This document shows, piece by piece, positions 40,026 through 50,064 of a stretch of 64,000 nt of DNA (its first letter is position 1; every line of letters starts with the position of its first letter). Position numbers and translations under genes: made by a program. Source of the stretch: an uncultured Eubacteriales bacterium (GTDB lineage Bacteria; Bacillota; Clostridia; Oscillospirales; CAG-272). The notes beneath the pieces are model-generated. The model saw only the letters and a program-made list of their open reading frames with translations. It searched no databases and was not told the origin of the DNA. The stretch spans positions 73 to 64,072 of the forward strand of contig URDS01000005.1 of NCBI GenBank assembly GCA_900546635.1, written 5' to 3'.

Positions 40026-40820
40026 ATGGAACTGAACACTAAAATTCTGATTGCCGATGAAAACCTCGAACAAAGAAATCTTTTGAAAGATAATCTTTAT
40101 CATGCAGGATATCGAAATGTAGATGTCGCTGTCAACGGCGAAGATGCAATTCTCAAAATCAACCGCACACACCCGGACATTGCAATTATTGATATTCTGC
40201 TGACAAAATTGGATGGCATCGGCGTACTCCGCAATGCACGCACGATTGATTTCGGAAAAGACATGCCTACCTCTTTCATTGTGATTTCCGCCGCCGCCAA
40301 TCAAAATCTACTGTCTGATGCAACGAAACTCGGTGCGGAACTTTGTCTGCTGAAACCATACAATTATACCAGCCTGATCGAACACGTTGACGCCATTTCC
40401 GAGCGCAGAGGCAAAACGCGCATCTCTTCTATACACACAAACGAAAGCGCACCGGCGCCTGAAAATCTGGATCTGGAAACGCAGGTTACGCAAATTATCC
40501 ATCAGATCGGCGTACCTGCACACATCAAAGGATACCAGTACCTGCGCACCGCAATCCTGATGACGATTAACGACAGCGAAATCATCAACTCCGTAACAAA
40601 GGTACTCTATCCGTCTGTTGCCAAGAAATACTCCACGACGACTTCCCGCGTCGAGCGCGCCATCCGCCATGCCATTGAAGTCGCTTGGGATCGCGGCGAC
40701 GTGGACACACTGAACGCTTATTTTGGATATACCATCCAAAACAATCGCGGAAAGCCCACAAATTCTGAATTTATCGCCATGATTGCGGACAATCTCCGTC
40801 TGAAACTGAAACTGTTCTAA
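40026..40820 (+). CDS. spo0A: Stage 0 sporulation master regulator Spo0A
   Basis: Receiver domain plus the diagnostic C-terminal block [20 protein letters not shown]...[18 protein letters not shown]...[17 protein letters not shown]. Confidence 0.95.
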   Translation: MELNTKILIADENLEQRNLLKDNLYHAGYRNVDVAVNGEDAILKINRTHPDIAIIDILLTKLDGIGVLRNARTIDFGKDMPTSFIVISAAANQNLLSDATKLGAELCLLKPYNYTSLIEHVDAISERRGKTRISSIHTNESAPAPENLDLETQVTQIIHQIGVPAHIKGYQYLRTAILMTINDSEIINSVTKVLYPSVAKKYSTTTSRVERAIRHAIEVAWDRGDVDTLNAYFGYTIQNNRGKPTNSEFIAMIADNLRLKLKLF

Positions 40821-41035
40821 AGAGAAAGCGCTCCGCGCACAATACAATTTATATGTTTTAAAATGCACCTCAAAAGTACGCCCGAATGATCGTTTCAAGA
40901 TCACAGGATGCGCAAAATGAGGTGTATTTTATTTTCCCTCTAAAAAAGGCGCTGCGATGCATCTCATCGGGCGGCAACGATATACATATCCGTATGCCCC
41001 GCGCGCCTTGAAGCCGAAGCAAAGCGCAATTGTTC

Positions 41036-41066
41036 TATATAAAAAGGAGCGGCTTATTGCCGCTCC
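41036..41066 (-). terminator. glyQS terminator
   Basis: Stem GGAGCGGC / GCCGCTCC followed on the minus strand by TTTTTATAT. Confidence 0.7.
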
Positions 41067-41090
41067 CAAAACCGTTTGATAAAAATTCTA

Positions 41091-42482
41091 TCAAAAAGCA
41101 ATCTTATTTTCAATATAAGCCCGAAGTTCTTCGATCTTGACCCGCTCCTGCTCCATAGTGTCGCGATCCCGCACGGTCACACAGCCGTCCTCAAGCGAAT
41201 CGAAATCATAGGTAATGCAGATAGGCGTACCGATCTCATCCTGGCGGCGATAGCGTTTTCCGATTGAACCGGCCTCATCAAAATCAACCATAAAGAACTT
41301 TGAAAGTTCTTCCTGCACTTCAGAAGCCTTTTCGGACAGCTTTTTAGACAAAGGAAGCACGGCGGCCTTAAACGGCGCCAGCGCCGGATGCAGATGCATA
41401 ACGACCCGCGTATCGCCCTCTCCGACCGTCTCCTCGTCATACGCTTCCACCAGAAAAGCGAGCGCCACGCGGTCTGCGCCGAGAGACGGCTCAATGACAT
41501 ACGGAACATATTTTTCGTTTGTTTCCGGATCAAAATACTCCATAGATTCGCCGCTGTGGTTGGCATGCTGAGTCAAATCGTAGTCGGTACGGTCCGCCAC
41601 GCCCCAAAGTTCGCCCCAACCGAAAGGAAACAAATACTCAAAGTCGGTTGTCGCCTTGGAATAGAAGCAGAGTTCATCGGCATCATGGTCGCGCAGCTTG
41701 AGATTTTCCTTGGCCATACCCAGATCATATAAGAACTGCGCGCAATAATCTTTCCAGAATTTGAACCATTCAAGATCCGTTCCCGGCTTACAGAAGAATT
41801 CCAGTTCCATCTGTTCAAATTCACGAATACGGAAGATAAAGTTGCCGGGCGTAATCTCATTTCGGAAAGACTTACCGATCTGACCGACGCCGAACGGCAG
41901 CTTTTTGCGTGTTGTGCGCGCAATATTTTTAAAGTTTACGAAAATGCCCTGCGCAGTTTCCGGACGAAGATACAACTCGGAAGAAGAATCCTCGGTGACG
42001 CCCTGATAGGTCTTAAACATCAAATTGAACTTGCGAATATCGGTAAAATCCTTTGCGCCGCAGGACGGACAGGCAATACCCGACTTTGCAATATAATCCG
42101 CCATCTGTTCGTTTGTCCAGCCGGCCGGGTTAATGTCTAACTGATTCTCCGCCGCGTAGTCCTCGATCAGCTTATCCGCGCGATGACGGGTCTTACAGGC
42201 TTTGCAGTCCATAAGCGGATCGGAAAAGCCGCCGACATGTCCGGACGCTACCCAAGTTTCCGGATTCATTAAAATCGCGCTGTCCAATCCCACATTGTAC
42301 TTGCACTGCTGGACAAAACGTTTCCACCAGGCGCGCTTAACGTTGTTTTTATACTCCACGCCCAGCGGGCCGTAATCCCATGAATTTGCCAGCCCGCCGT
42401 AAATCTCAGAACCGGGATAGATAAAACCGCGGTTTTTACAGAGAGCGACGATCTTCTCCATTGTCTTTTGAGAATTGTTCAT
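41091..42482 (-). CDS. glyQS: Glycine--tRNA ligase (homodimeric GlyQS type)
   Basis: [34 protein letters not shown] and class II motifs. AAGGAG RBS. Confidence 0.95.
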   Translation of the reverse strand: MNNSQKTMEKIVALCKNRGFIYPGSEIYGGLANSWDYGPLGVEYKNNVKRAWWKRFVQQCKYNVGLDSAILMNPETWVASGHVGGFSDPLMDCKACKTRHRADKLIEDYAAENQLDINPAGWTNEQMADYIAKSGIACPSCGAKDFTDIRKFNLMFKTYQGVTEDSSSELYLRPETAQGIFVNFKNIARTTRKKLPFGVGQIGKSFRNEITPGNFIFRIREFEQMELEFFCKPGTDLEWFKFWKDYCAQFLYDLGMAKENLKLRDHDADELCFYSKATTDFEYLFPFGWGELWGVADRTDYDLTQHANHSGESMEYFDPETNEKYVPYVIEPSLGADRVALAFLVEAYDEETVGEGDTRVVMHLHPALAPFKAAVLPLSKKLSEKASEVQEELSKFFMVDFDEAGSIGKRYRRQDEIGTPICITYDFDSLEDGCVTVRDRDTMEQERVKIEELRAYIENKIAF

Positions 42483-42515
42483 TTGTCTTGCTCCTTGATT
42501 TATATCCTATAAAAT

Positions 42516-43544
42516 TTATTTATTCTTTGCCATCTCCGTGATTGCGGCGGAAATATTCGGGGTGAAATACCGAACGCCGTCACGATAATAATAGCTGCCG
42601 GGGTATTCTATCTGATTAATCTCAAAATCACTGTATGAAAAAATCAAATCAAGATTTTTCAGCAAGTCCTTTGACGTAATGTTCGTGCAAAGATATTCTT
42701 CGATATTTGCAAAAATATCAACCGCTTTATTCAGATACGTCACATTGGTCATTCTCTGCGCAAGCGCCATTAAAAAGGAAAGGCAGGTCTTTTCCCGTGA
42801 AAGCGCCGGATTTGTATAGGAATTATACGCAAGCAGTCCCGCAACATCTTTGCCCTTCAGATTCTGCGTGCCGCTTTTCAGGGAAATCGTCAGACCGGAT
42901 ACCTCGTCGGTATAGTCCATATCACACGGAACCGTATATAAAATCTCGCCCATCGCGTCCGCAACATTGGCGATCTGTTCGATACTGGTCAGCGCATAAT
43001 AGTCAATCGCCACACCGGTAATACCCGACATTTTGTTGACAAAATACGCAAGGCCTTTGTCATAGTAGAGTTCGCTCACCGTTGTCGTAACGCCGCCGAC
43101 GGTCAACTGCATATCCGTCGGAATCTGCATATACGTAAAACGCTTTTTTTCTTTATTTACGCATACCAAAACAACCGCGTCGGCGCTGACGGTACGGTAG
43201 GGATACACCGGCAACGACCCGTTATAGCCGATCAGCTTAGCGGAATCCTCAAAATACGGATACTGCGTTTCAATGTCGGGATGATAATTATTTAAAATAC
43301 TCGGACGATAATCCGTACCGATCAGCAGCACGTTGAAAGACTCGCTTTCATCTTCCGGCTCATCCGGCCGATTCGGTGAATCCACGTCCGATGTGTCTGT
43401 AGAATCGCTCGTGGTTTCCGTCACATTTCCATTTCTAAAAAAGTCGGTGATGCTTATTACAAATCCGGTTATGAAAAAGGCACACACGCCGAAAATAAGC
43501 AAAGCGATCAGAAAGGTGATAATAAAACTTCGCAAAGAATTCAT
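42516..43544 (-). CDS. LCP (LytR-CpsA-Psr) family protein, second paralog
   Basis: N-terminal TM helix, an acidic linker, and an LCP core starting FNVLLIGTDYR. Confidence 0.8.
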   Translation of the reverse strand: MNSLRSFIITFLIALLIFGVCAFFITGFVISITDFFRNGNVTETTSDSTDTSDVDSPNRPDEPEDESESFNVLLIGTDYRPSILNNYHPDIETQYPYFEDSAKLIGYNGSLPVYPYRTVSADAVVLVCVNKEKKRFTYMQIPTDMQLTVGGVTTTVSELYYDKGLAYFVNKMSGITGVAIDYYALTSIEQIANVADAMGEILYTVPCDMDYTDEVSGLTISLKSGTQNLKGKDVAGLLAYNSYTNPALSREKTCLSFLMALAQRMTNVTYLNKAVDIFANIEEYLCTNITSKDLLKNLDLIFSYSDFEINQIEYPGSYYYRDGVRYFTPNISAAITEMAKNK

Positions 43545-43630
43545 ATCCGCCTCACTCCCTTAAGTACAAATAATAATAATTCATTATATAACAAATTTTT
43601 GAATTTTTCAATATGGAAATGGAATTTTGC

Positions 43631-43659
43631 TTGTCACGTCCCGGAAAAAGTGCTACAAT
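43631..43659 (+). promoter_or_regulatory. Candidate sigma-A promoter of the rRNA methyltransferase/ClC genes
   Basis: TTGTCA, 17 nt, TACAAT. Confidence 0.5.
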
Positions 43660-43688
43660 GAAAAAAAAGATTTTTCGGAGGAACGAAA

Positions 43689-45077
43689 GTGCTGCGCAAA
43701 AACGATATTCTGACTGTGGAAATTACAGATATGAACATGCTTGGCTTCGGCATAGCAAAGCCGGACGGCTTTGCCGTTTTTGTCAGCGGCGCGGTTCCCG
43801 GCGACCGTGCAAAAATTCGCATTATTAAAGTACAAAAAAACTACGCCATAGCCCGGACAGAAGAAATTTTAGTCCGCTCACCGCACCGAACCGAAGATGA
43901 GTGCCCCGTTTCGTCCGCCTGCGGCGGATGTGCGTTCCGCGCGCTCAATTATACCTATGAGGTTTCTCTGAAAGAAGCTGCCGTGCGCCAAAGCTTTTTG
44001 CGGCAGGGACTTTGCGACATACAAATCGCGCCTCTGACGCATACAAACAGGCTGTCGCACTACCGCAATAAAGGCCAATTCCCGGTTTCCAAGACGCAAA
44101 ACGGAGACATCGCAATCGGTTTTTATGCCGCAAAAAGCCATCGTGTGCTCAACTGTCCGGACTGCGCGCTTCAACATCCCGCGTTTGAACCCATTCTCAC
44201 CGAAATACGGCGTTTTCTCTTGGAATTTCAAATCTCTGTTTACAACGAAGAAACCCACGCGGGTCTTTTGCGCCATATCTATCTGCGAATCGGAGAAGCG
44301 ACCGGCGAAATTATGCTCTGTCTGGTCATTTGCGGCGACCGTCTTCCGTATGCCGACCGCCTGATTGAGCGCATAACGCAAAACTTCCCCGCCGTGCGTT
44401 CAATTTTGCTGAATATCAACACGGCGGATACAAACGTGGTGCTTGGACAGCGATATATTTCTCTGTACGGCGACGGCGTGATTTATGACAAGCTCTGCGG
44501 AATATTGCTGAAAATCACCCCCGCTTCCTTTTATCAGGTCAACCGCGACGCCGCTGAACTGCTCTACCGAAAGGCCGCGCAGCTTGCCGAACTCACCGGC
44601 AAGGAGCTTCTGCTCGATCTCTACTGCGGCGTCGGCAGCATCGGACTTTCCATGGCACACCGTGTACGGCGGCTGATCGGAATCGAGGTTGTCCCCGACG
44701 CGGTCGAATGCGCAAAGGAAAACGCGCGAATCAACGGGATCACAAACGCCGCTTTTTACTGCGGGGATGCGGCGAACACAAAGGATTTACTCTCTGCCGC
44801 AAGCGCATCAGAGGGAGACATCCGTCCCGACGTCGTGATTCTCGACCCGCCGCGCCGGGGCTGCGCGTCCGCTCTGCTCGACTGGCTGAGCGAACTCCAA
44901 CCGCGGCGCATTGTGTATATTTCCTGCAATCCGGAAACACTGGCGAGAGACGCGAAGCTGCTTACAGAAAAAGGATATACGCTCGGAACCGTCTATCCCT
45001 TCGACCTTTTTTGCCGAACCGGGCACTGTGAGGTCGTGTGTTCGCTAATCAAACACCGGGATCGGACAACCTATTGA
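43689..45077 (+). CDS. 23S rRNA (uracil-5-)-methyltransferase, RumA/RlmD type (TRAM + Fe-S + SAM MTase)
   Basis: TRAM N-terminus, a Cys cluster (CPVSSACGGCAF), the SAM motif LDLYCGVGSIG, and a catalytic ISCNP. GTG start after GGAGGAA. Confidence 0.85.
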   Translation: MLRKNDILTVEITDMNMLGFGIAKPDGFAVFVSGAVPGDRAKIRIIKVQKNYAIARTEEILVRSPHRTEDECPVSSACGGCAFRALNYTYEVSLKEAAVRQSFLRQGLCDIQIAPLTHTNRLSHYRNKGQFPVSKTQNGDIAIGFYAAKSHRVLNCPDCALQHPAFEPILTEIRRFLLEFQISVYNEETHAGLLRHIYLRIGEATGEIMLCLVICGDRLPYADRLIERITQNFPAVRSILLNINTADTNVVLGQRYISLYGDGVIYDKLCGILLKITPASFYQVNRDAAELLYRKAAQLAELTGKELLLDLYCGVGSIGLSMAHRVRRLIGIEVVPDAVECAKENARINGITNAAFYCGDAANTKDLLSAASASEGDIRPDVVILDPPRRGCASALLDWLSELQPRRIVYISCNPETLARDAKLLTEKGYTLGTVYPFDLFCRTGHCEVVCSLIKHRDRTTY

Positions 45078-45104
45078 GATATGGCTGTTTCAGGAGGAAC
45101 GAAT

Positions 45105-46376
45105 ATGGAGAAGATGGAAAATAGGTTGCTCTGTGCGTGGCGCTATCTGCTGAAATGTTTTAAATGGCTGACGCTTGCTGTACTTGCCGGCTGTGTAACC
45201 GGACCGTTGGGCACGGCATTTGGACTGGCGCTGAATTGGGCCAATGAGGTTCGCGCTGTACATGGCTGGCTGCTGTATCTTTTGCCCGCGGGCGGCCTTA
45301 TCATCGAATTTCTGTACCGCCATTTTGATCCGAACGGCGGCTCCACAAACCAGGTGTTTGCAGCCGTGCGGGAGCAAAAAGTACTGACGCTGCGCTCCGC
45401 GCCACTGATCTTTTTCTCCACTGTGGTCACCCACTTGCTGGGAGGTTCCAGCGGACGGGAGGGCGCTTCGCTGCTTTTGGGCGGATCGGTCTCGGGACAA
45501 CTGGGACGGCGCTTGCATATGAGCCGTCAGGACTGCCGCCAGATGACCATGTGCGGCATGGCGGGAGCGTTTTCTGCTATTTTTGGCACGCCGTTGACCG
45601 CTACAGTTTTCACGCTGGAAGTGGTGGATGTGGGCGCCATGCCTTATGCGGCTCTGCTTCCGTGCATGATATCGGCTTTGGTGGGTGTGTGGATCAGCCG
45701 CTCGATTGGCCTGTCCCCTACTTTCTTTGCCCTGGAAACCGTAGCGGAGGCGGATCCCGTCAACATCACCCGAGTGTTGCTGCTGGGCGCGCTGCTGGCG
45801 GGGTTAAGCATTCTGTTTTGCGCGCTTTTGCATGCGGCTCCCAGGCTGTATTCCCGCTGTTTCCCAAATCCCTGCCTGCGCGTGGTTGCAGGCGGCGCGC
45901 TGATCATTTTTCTGACCAGGATGTTGGGCACTACGGATTATAACGGTTCGGGGAGCGCTGTAATTGCCGCGGCCATTGCCGGACAGGCGGTCCCCTGGGC
46001 TTTTTTGTTGAAAATGTTGTTTACCGCCCTGACGCTGGGCTGCGGATTTAAAGGCGGAGAAATTGTACCCATCTTCTTTACCGGATCCACTTTTGGCTGT
46101 ATTGCGGCTCCTCTACTGGGACTGCCCGCCCCACTGGGCGCAGCGCTTGGCATGGTAGGTTTGTTTTGCGGCTGCACCAACAGCCCGCTGGCATCCATCT
46201 GCCTGGGACTGGAGGTATTCGGCGGCAAATGTTTGCCGCTGTTTGCACTGGTGAGCGCGGTATCTTATATGTTGTCCGGCTACTTTAGTCTGTATCATGA
46301 GCAGCATTTTCTGTATTCCAAGTTGCGTATTGTCGGGTTGGAGCGTCGCCAGGGACGTTGGCAGGAAAAAAACTAA
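45105..46376 (+). CDS. ClC-family anion/proton antiporter (possibly the CLC-F fluoride type)
   Basis: GGSSGREGASLLLG and GFKGGEIVPIFFTG filter motifs in a multi-TM protein. ATG 45105 follows AGGAGGA. Confidence 0.8.
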   Translation: MEKMENRLLCAWRYLLKCFKWLTLAVLAGCVTGPLGTAFGLALNWANEVRAVHGWLLYLLPAGGLIIEFLYRHFDPNGGSTNQVFAAVREQKVLTLRSAPLIFFSTVVTHLLGGSSGREGASLLLGGSVSGQLGRRLHMSRQDCRQMTMCGMAGAFSAIFGTPLTATVFTLEVVDVGAMPYAALLPCMISALVGVWISRSIGLSPTFFALETVAEADPVNITRVLLLGALLAGLSILFCALLHAAPRLYSRCFPNPCLRVVAGGALIIFLTRMLGTTDYNGSGSAVIAAAIAGQAVPWAFLLKMLFTALTLGCGFKGGEIVPIFFTGSTFGCIAAPLLGLPAPLGAALGMVGLFCGCTNSPLASICLGLEVFGGKCLPLFALVSAVSYMLSGYFSLYHEQHFLYSKLRIVGLERRQGRWQEKN

Positions 46377-46486
46377 TTTTAAAAAAGGCAAATAGAAAAC
46401 AGTTCTGGCAGACACAAGAATGTATCGCAAGTTTTACAAAACAACCGTCCTAAAACCGAATTTCATCAAAAAACGGAGGTGCATAT

Positions 46487-47125
46487 ATGCTGTACGGACC
46501 GGATCCCAATGTTCTGTATCCAAATGCGCATCAAACGCGAATTTGCTTTATCAAAAACGCGATAACCTGCCCCGGAATCATAATCGGAGACTACACCTAC
46601 TATGACGATCCAAACGGGGCCGAACGCTTTGAAGAACATGTCACGCATCATTATTACGACATCATCGGCGACCGTCTTATCATCGGCAAATTCTGCGCGA
46701 TTGCCAAAGGAATCGAATTCATCATGAACGGCGCCAATCATCGCATGTCAAGCGTCACAACCTATCCGTTTAATCTGATGGGCGGCGGGTGGGAATGCGC
46801 CGCGCCCGCACTTGAAGATCTGCCCATCAAAGGCGATACCGTTGTCGGAAACGACGTATGGATCGGCCAAAACGTAACTGTATTGCCCGGCGTTCATATC
46901 GGAGACGGCTCGATTATCGCCGCAAATTCAGTCGTCGCCAAAGATATACCCCCCTACTGCGTTGCAGGCGGCAACCCCTGCCGAATCATTCGCAAGCGCT
47001 TTGACGATGCGCTTTGCGATTATCTCCAAACACTCAAATGGTGGGATTGGCCGGCTGAAAAAATCTTTCAAAATCTTGAATCCCTCTGTTCCGCCGATCT
47101 TTCAAAGATCCGGGAAATTGACTGA
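46487..47125 (+). CDS. vat: Vat-family streptogramin A O-acetyltransferase (xenobiotic acyltransferase, hexapeptide repeat)
   Basis: IGKFCAIAKGIEFIMNGANHRMSSVTTYPFNLMGGGW, IKGDTVVGNDVWIGQNV, GGNPCRIIRKRFDD and LKWWDWP closely mirror Vat(A-E) as I recall them. Confidence 0.85.
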   Translation: MLYGPDPNVLYPNAHQTRICFIKNAITCPGIIIGDYTYYDDPNGAERFEEHVTHHYYDIIGDRLIIGKFCAIAKGIEFIMNGANHRMSSVTTYPFNLMGGGWECAAPALEDLPIKGDTVVGNDVWIGQNVTVLPGVHIGDGSIIAANSVVAKDIPPYCVAGGNPCRIIRKRFDDALCDYLQTLKWWDWPAEKIFQNLESLCSADLSKIREID

Positions 47126-47136
47126 CGGCCAATTTT

Positions 47137-47175
47137 AAAGCCGGCGCCCTGAAAAACACGGCGCCGGCTTTTGCG
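47137..47175. terminator. Bidirectional terminator between vat and potD
   Basis: 12-bp stem aaagccggcgcc / ggcgccggcttt with flanking A- and T-runs. Confidence 0.75.
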
Positions 47176-47191
47176 TATATAAATTTTTTGT

Positions 47192-48415
47192 TTAATACAT
47201 CTTTTCGCGTCTCTTCTTAACAACCGAACGATACACAAAGAAAGCCGCAATCAAAACCACAATTACCGCCGCAAGAATATACACAACCGCGCCGATACCG
47301 CCGTCAATCTTCAGATCCTCCCAAAGATCGTTTACAAGCGCAAGCGTGTCGGCATCCAGATTGCGGAAGCTCAGTTCATTGTATTTTGCCGCGAAATCAA
47401 AATTTTCGGGATAAAGCACTTCCATAGCCGTCTCGCCCATATCCTCCTTGTAAACGTCGCTTTCATAAACCGCAGAGTTCGGTGAAGCGTAATAAATATA
47501 CTCCGCATTGGCAATGGCCACCTCTTCGGAAAGCATAAAGTTGATATAGATTTCCGCAAGCTCCTTGTTGGCCGCTCCTTTCGGAATGCAGAAAGCGTCT
47601 ACAAATAAATTGGTTGCAATATTGCCCTCGGCGTCGGTCGGATAATAAAACGCAAGCTTTTCGTTGTTCTCAGCCATAGAGAGAAAATCTCCCGCATAAT
47701 AAGCAGCAATTGCCGACTCGCCCGATTCCATTTTATTGAACACCTCGTCCATGACCCAGCCCTGCACCAGAGGTTTCTGCGCCTGAAGCTCGGCAAACGC
47801 CGCGTTCCAAAGCTCCGGATCGGTCGTATTGACATCAATTCCGTTTTTATACATGGCCGTGCCGAACGCATCGCGCGAATTGTTAAACTGCAAAATCTTT
47901 TTGCTGTACTTTTCATTCCACATCAAATCCCATTTGCCGACATCCGCGGGATCCACCACCGTGGAATCATAAATAATGCCGACCATGCCGTATGTATACG
48001 GAATCGTATACGCATCTTCGGGATCATAATATAAGCCTCTGAAATCATCGGAAATATACGCATAGTTGGGAATGTTTGAAAAATCAATTTTTTCCAGCAT
48101 TCCCTCCTCAATCATGCGCGCAATCATATAATCTGAGGGAATAATCACATCATATCCCGCGGCGCCGCTTTTGAGCTTGGCATACATATCCTCATTGCTG
48201 GCATACGTCGTATAAATTACATCTATGCTTTCGCCGTATGTTTCCTGATAATACTTTTCAAAGGCAGCGTTGACATCCATCGACCCCTCGCTGCCGTCGG
48301 AAATATACTCGCCCCAGTTATAGACATTCAAAACGCGATCCGCCGCAAATGCGGAAAGAGAGAGCAGTGCGCAAAGCGCGGCAGATGCCAAAGCAATCGA
48401 AAGTATTTTTTTCAT
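47192..48415 (-). CDS. potD: Spermidine/putrescine ABC transporter substrate-binding protein with a C-terminal TM anchor
   Basis: Signal peptide, a PotD-like core (VYNWGEYI...), and a C-terminal hydrophobic helix followed by KKRREKMY. Confidence 0.85.
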   Translation of the reverse strand: MKKILSIALASAALCALLSLSAFAADRVLNVYNWGEYISDGSEGSMDVNAAFEKYYQETYGESIDVIYTTYASNEDMYAKLKSGAAGYDVIIPSDYMIARMIEEGMLEKIDFSNIPNYAYISDDFRGLYYDPEDAYTIPYTYGMVGIIYDSTVVDPADVGKWDLMWNEKYSKKILQFNNSRDAFGTAMYKNGIDVNTTDPELWNAAFAELQAQKPLVQGWVMDEVFNKMESGESAIAAYYAGDFLSMAENNEKLAFYYPTDAEGNIATNLFVDAFCIPKGAANKELAEIYINFMLSEEVAIANAEYIYYASPNSAVYESDVYKEDMGETAMEVLYPENFDFAAKYNELSFRNLDADTLALVNDLWEDLKIDGGIGAVVYILAAVIVVLIAAFFVYRSVVKKRREKMY

Positions 48416-48430
48416 TTCAGTCCTCCAAAG

Positions 48431-49240
48431 TTACATTGTTTTGGGCAGTTTTGCATGCTTTTTGTCTCGTCCGGCAAAATTGGACAGAAGCAGCAATACC
48501 AAAACCGCAATAAAAATCAGTGTGGAAAGCGCGTACATATCCGGTGTAACGCGTTTTTTGGTCATGGAATAAATCCGGATCGGCAGGGTCTCAAAGCCGT
48601 TGCCCGTCGTAAAATAACTGATAACAAAATCGTCAAGCGAAAGTGTAAACGCCATAATGAGACCAGAAATTACGCCCGGCATAATCAGAGGAAGCTCCAC
48701 TTTCCAAAACGCCTGAAACGGCGTACAGCCGAGATCCATCGCCGCCTCGGTCAAATGCTGGTCCATCTGCCGGATTTTCGGCGTGACCGAGAGAATGACA
48801 TACGGCAGATTGAATGTGATGTGCGCGATCAGCACCGTTGTAAAACTCAAACTGCTGGAAAGGCCGAGCCGAACGCAGACGAACACAAAAAGCAGCATCA
48901 TGGAAATACCGGTCACAATATCCGGGTTCATCATCGGGATATTGGTAACGGTCATAACCGCACCGCGCACATACTTGCTTTTCATCCGCGCCATGCCGAC
49001 CGCCGCCGCCGTGCCGATCAGCGTTGCAATCAGGGAAGAAAGAACCGCTAAAATCAGCGTATTTTTCAAAGCGGCAAGCGTCGCCCCGTCCCGAAACAGT
49101 TCGCGGTACCAATACAGCGAAAAGCCCGAAAATACCCCGGTCGAGTTGGACTGGTTAAAAGAGAACAAAACCATAACCGCGATCGGCGCATACAAAATGA
49201 CAAAAATGAGCGCTGTATAAATTTTAGGGAGTGTCTTCAT
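48431..49240 (-). CDS. potC: Spermidine/putrescine ABC transporter permease
   Basis: Six-TM BPD-transport profile with an EAA-like loop (EAAMDLGCTPFQAFWKV). Confidence 0.85.
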   Translation of the reverse strand: MKTLPKIYTALIFVILYAPIAVMVLFSFNQSNSTGVFSGFSLYWYRELFRDGATLAALKNTLILAVLSSLIATLIGTAAAVGMARMKSKYVRGAVMTVTNIPMMNPDIVTGISMMLLFVFVCVRLGLSSSLSFTTVLIAHITFNLPYVILSVTPKIRQMDQHLTEAAMDLGCTPFQAFWKVELPLIMPGVISGLIMAFTLSLDDFVISYFTTGNGFETLPIRIYSMTKKRVTPDMYALSTLIFIAVLVLLLLSNFAGRDKKHAKLPKTM

Positions 49241-50064
49241 GCCACAATCCCCCCCTCATTATCCGAATAGCGATTCATAATCGCCATGGATACCAGAATA
49301 ATAATCATCAGCACAAGCGACATGGCCGCGCCAAGGTTATAATTATACGCGCTCTGAAACTGCCGCTCAATCGTATCGCCGATCAGATCAAAATTGCCGC
49401 CGCCGAGCTTTTGCGAAATATAGAACGTGCTGACCGAGGGAACAAACACCATTGTGATCCCCGAAACCACGCCCGAAGTGCTGAGCGGCATGACCACCTT
49501 GAAAAAGGTCTGCGCCGGGGTGCATCCGAGATCGGCCGCCGCCTCAAACAAGCGCCGGTCAAGCTTGGAAAGCACCGTATAAATCGGCAAAACCATGTAC
49601 GGCAGATAATTGTATACCATACCGAAAATAACCGCGCCGGCCGTATTGATCATATGAACCGGCGACAGCCCCAAAGCGCGGAGCATCGAATTCAAAAATC
49701 CGGTATCCTCAATAATGGCCATGATCGAATAGGTGCGAATCAGAAAATTCATCCACATGGGAAGCATAATCAGCATAATATAAAACTTTTGCGAACCGGG
49801 CTTTGCACGGGAAACCGCATACGCCAGCGGATAAGCCACCAAAAGACAGATGGCCGTGGCGGCCAGCGCAAAACTTGCGGAGCGTATAAAAATATCAACA
49901 TAGTTGGCGCTGCCAAGCTGTTTGATATTGCTGAGGGTAAAATTTCCGTTTCGATCCGTAAACGCATAATACAGGACAAATACGAGCGGCGCCAGAATAA
50001 AAAGCACCGACCAAAGCACATGCGGGGCGGCCATGATGCGCGCCATCACAGACTTACCGCGCAT
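49237..50064 (-). CDS. potB: Spermidine/putrescine ABC transporter permease
   Basis: [17 protein letters not shown] loop. ATG 50064 follows AGGAGG. Confidence 0.85.
   Translation of the reverse strand: MRGKSVMARIMAAPHVLWSVLFILAPLVFVLYYAFTDRNGNFTLSNIKQLGSANYVDIFIRSASFALAATAICLLVAYPLAYAVSRAKPGSQKFYIMLIMLPMWMNFLIRTYSIMAIIEDTGFLNSMLRALGLSPVHMINTAGAVIFGMVYNYLPYMVLPIYTVLSKLDRRLFEAAADLGCTPAQTFFKVVMPLSTSGVVSGITMVFVPSVSTFYISQKLGGGNFDLIGDTIERQFQSAYNYNLGAAMSLVLMIIILVSMAIMNRYSDNEGGIVA

Noticed and set aside
40864-40935. A long-range hairpin (CACCTCA ... TGAGGTG with a ~45-nt loop and an inner TGATC/GATCA stem) downstream of spo0A, considered as a possible riboswitch or sRNA.
   Set aside because: It is followed by a T-rich tract and sits right after the spo0A stop, so it is most simply the spo0A terminator. 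I recognise no conserved riboswitch core.
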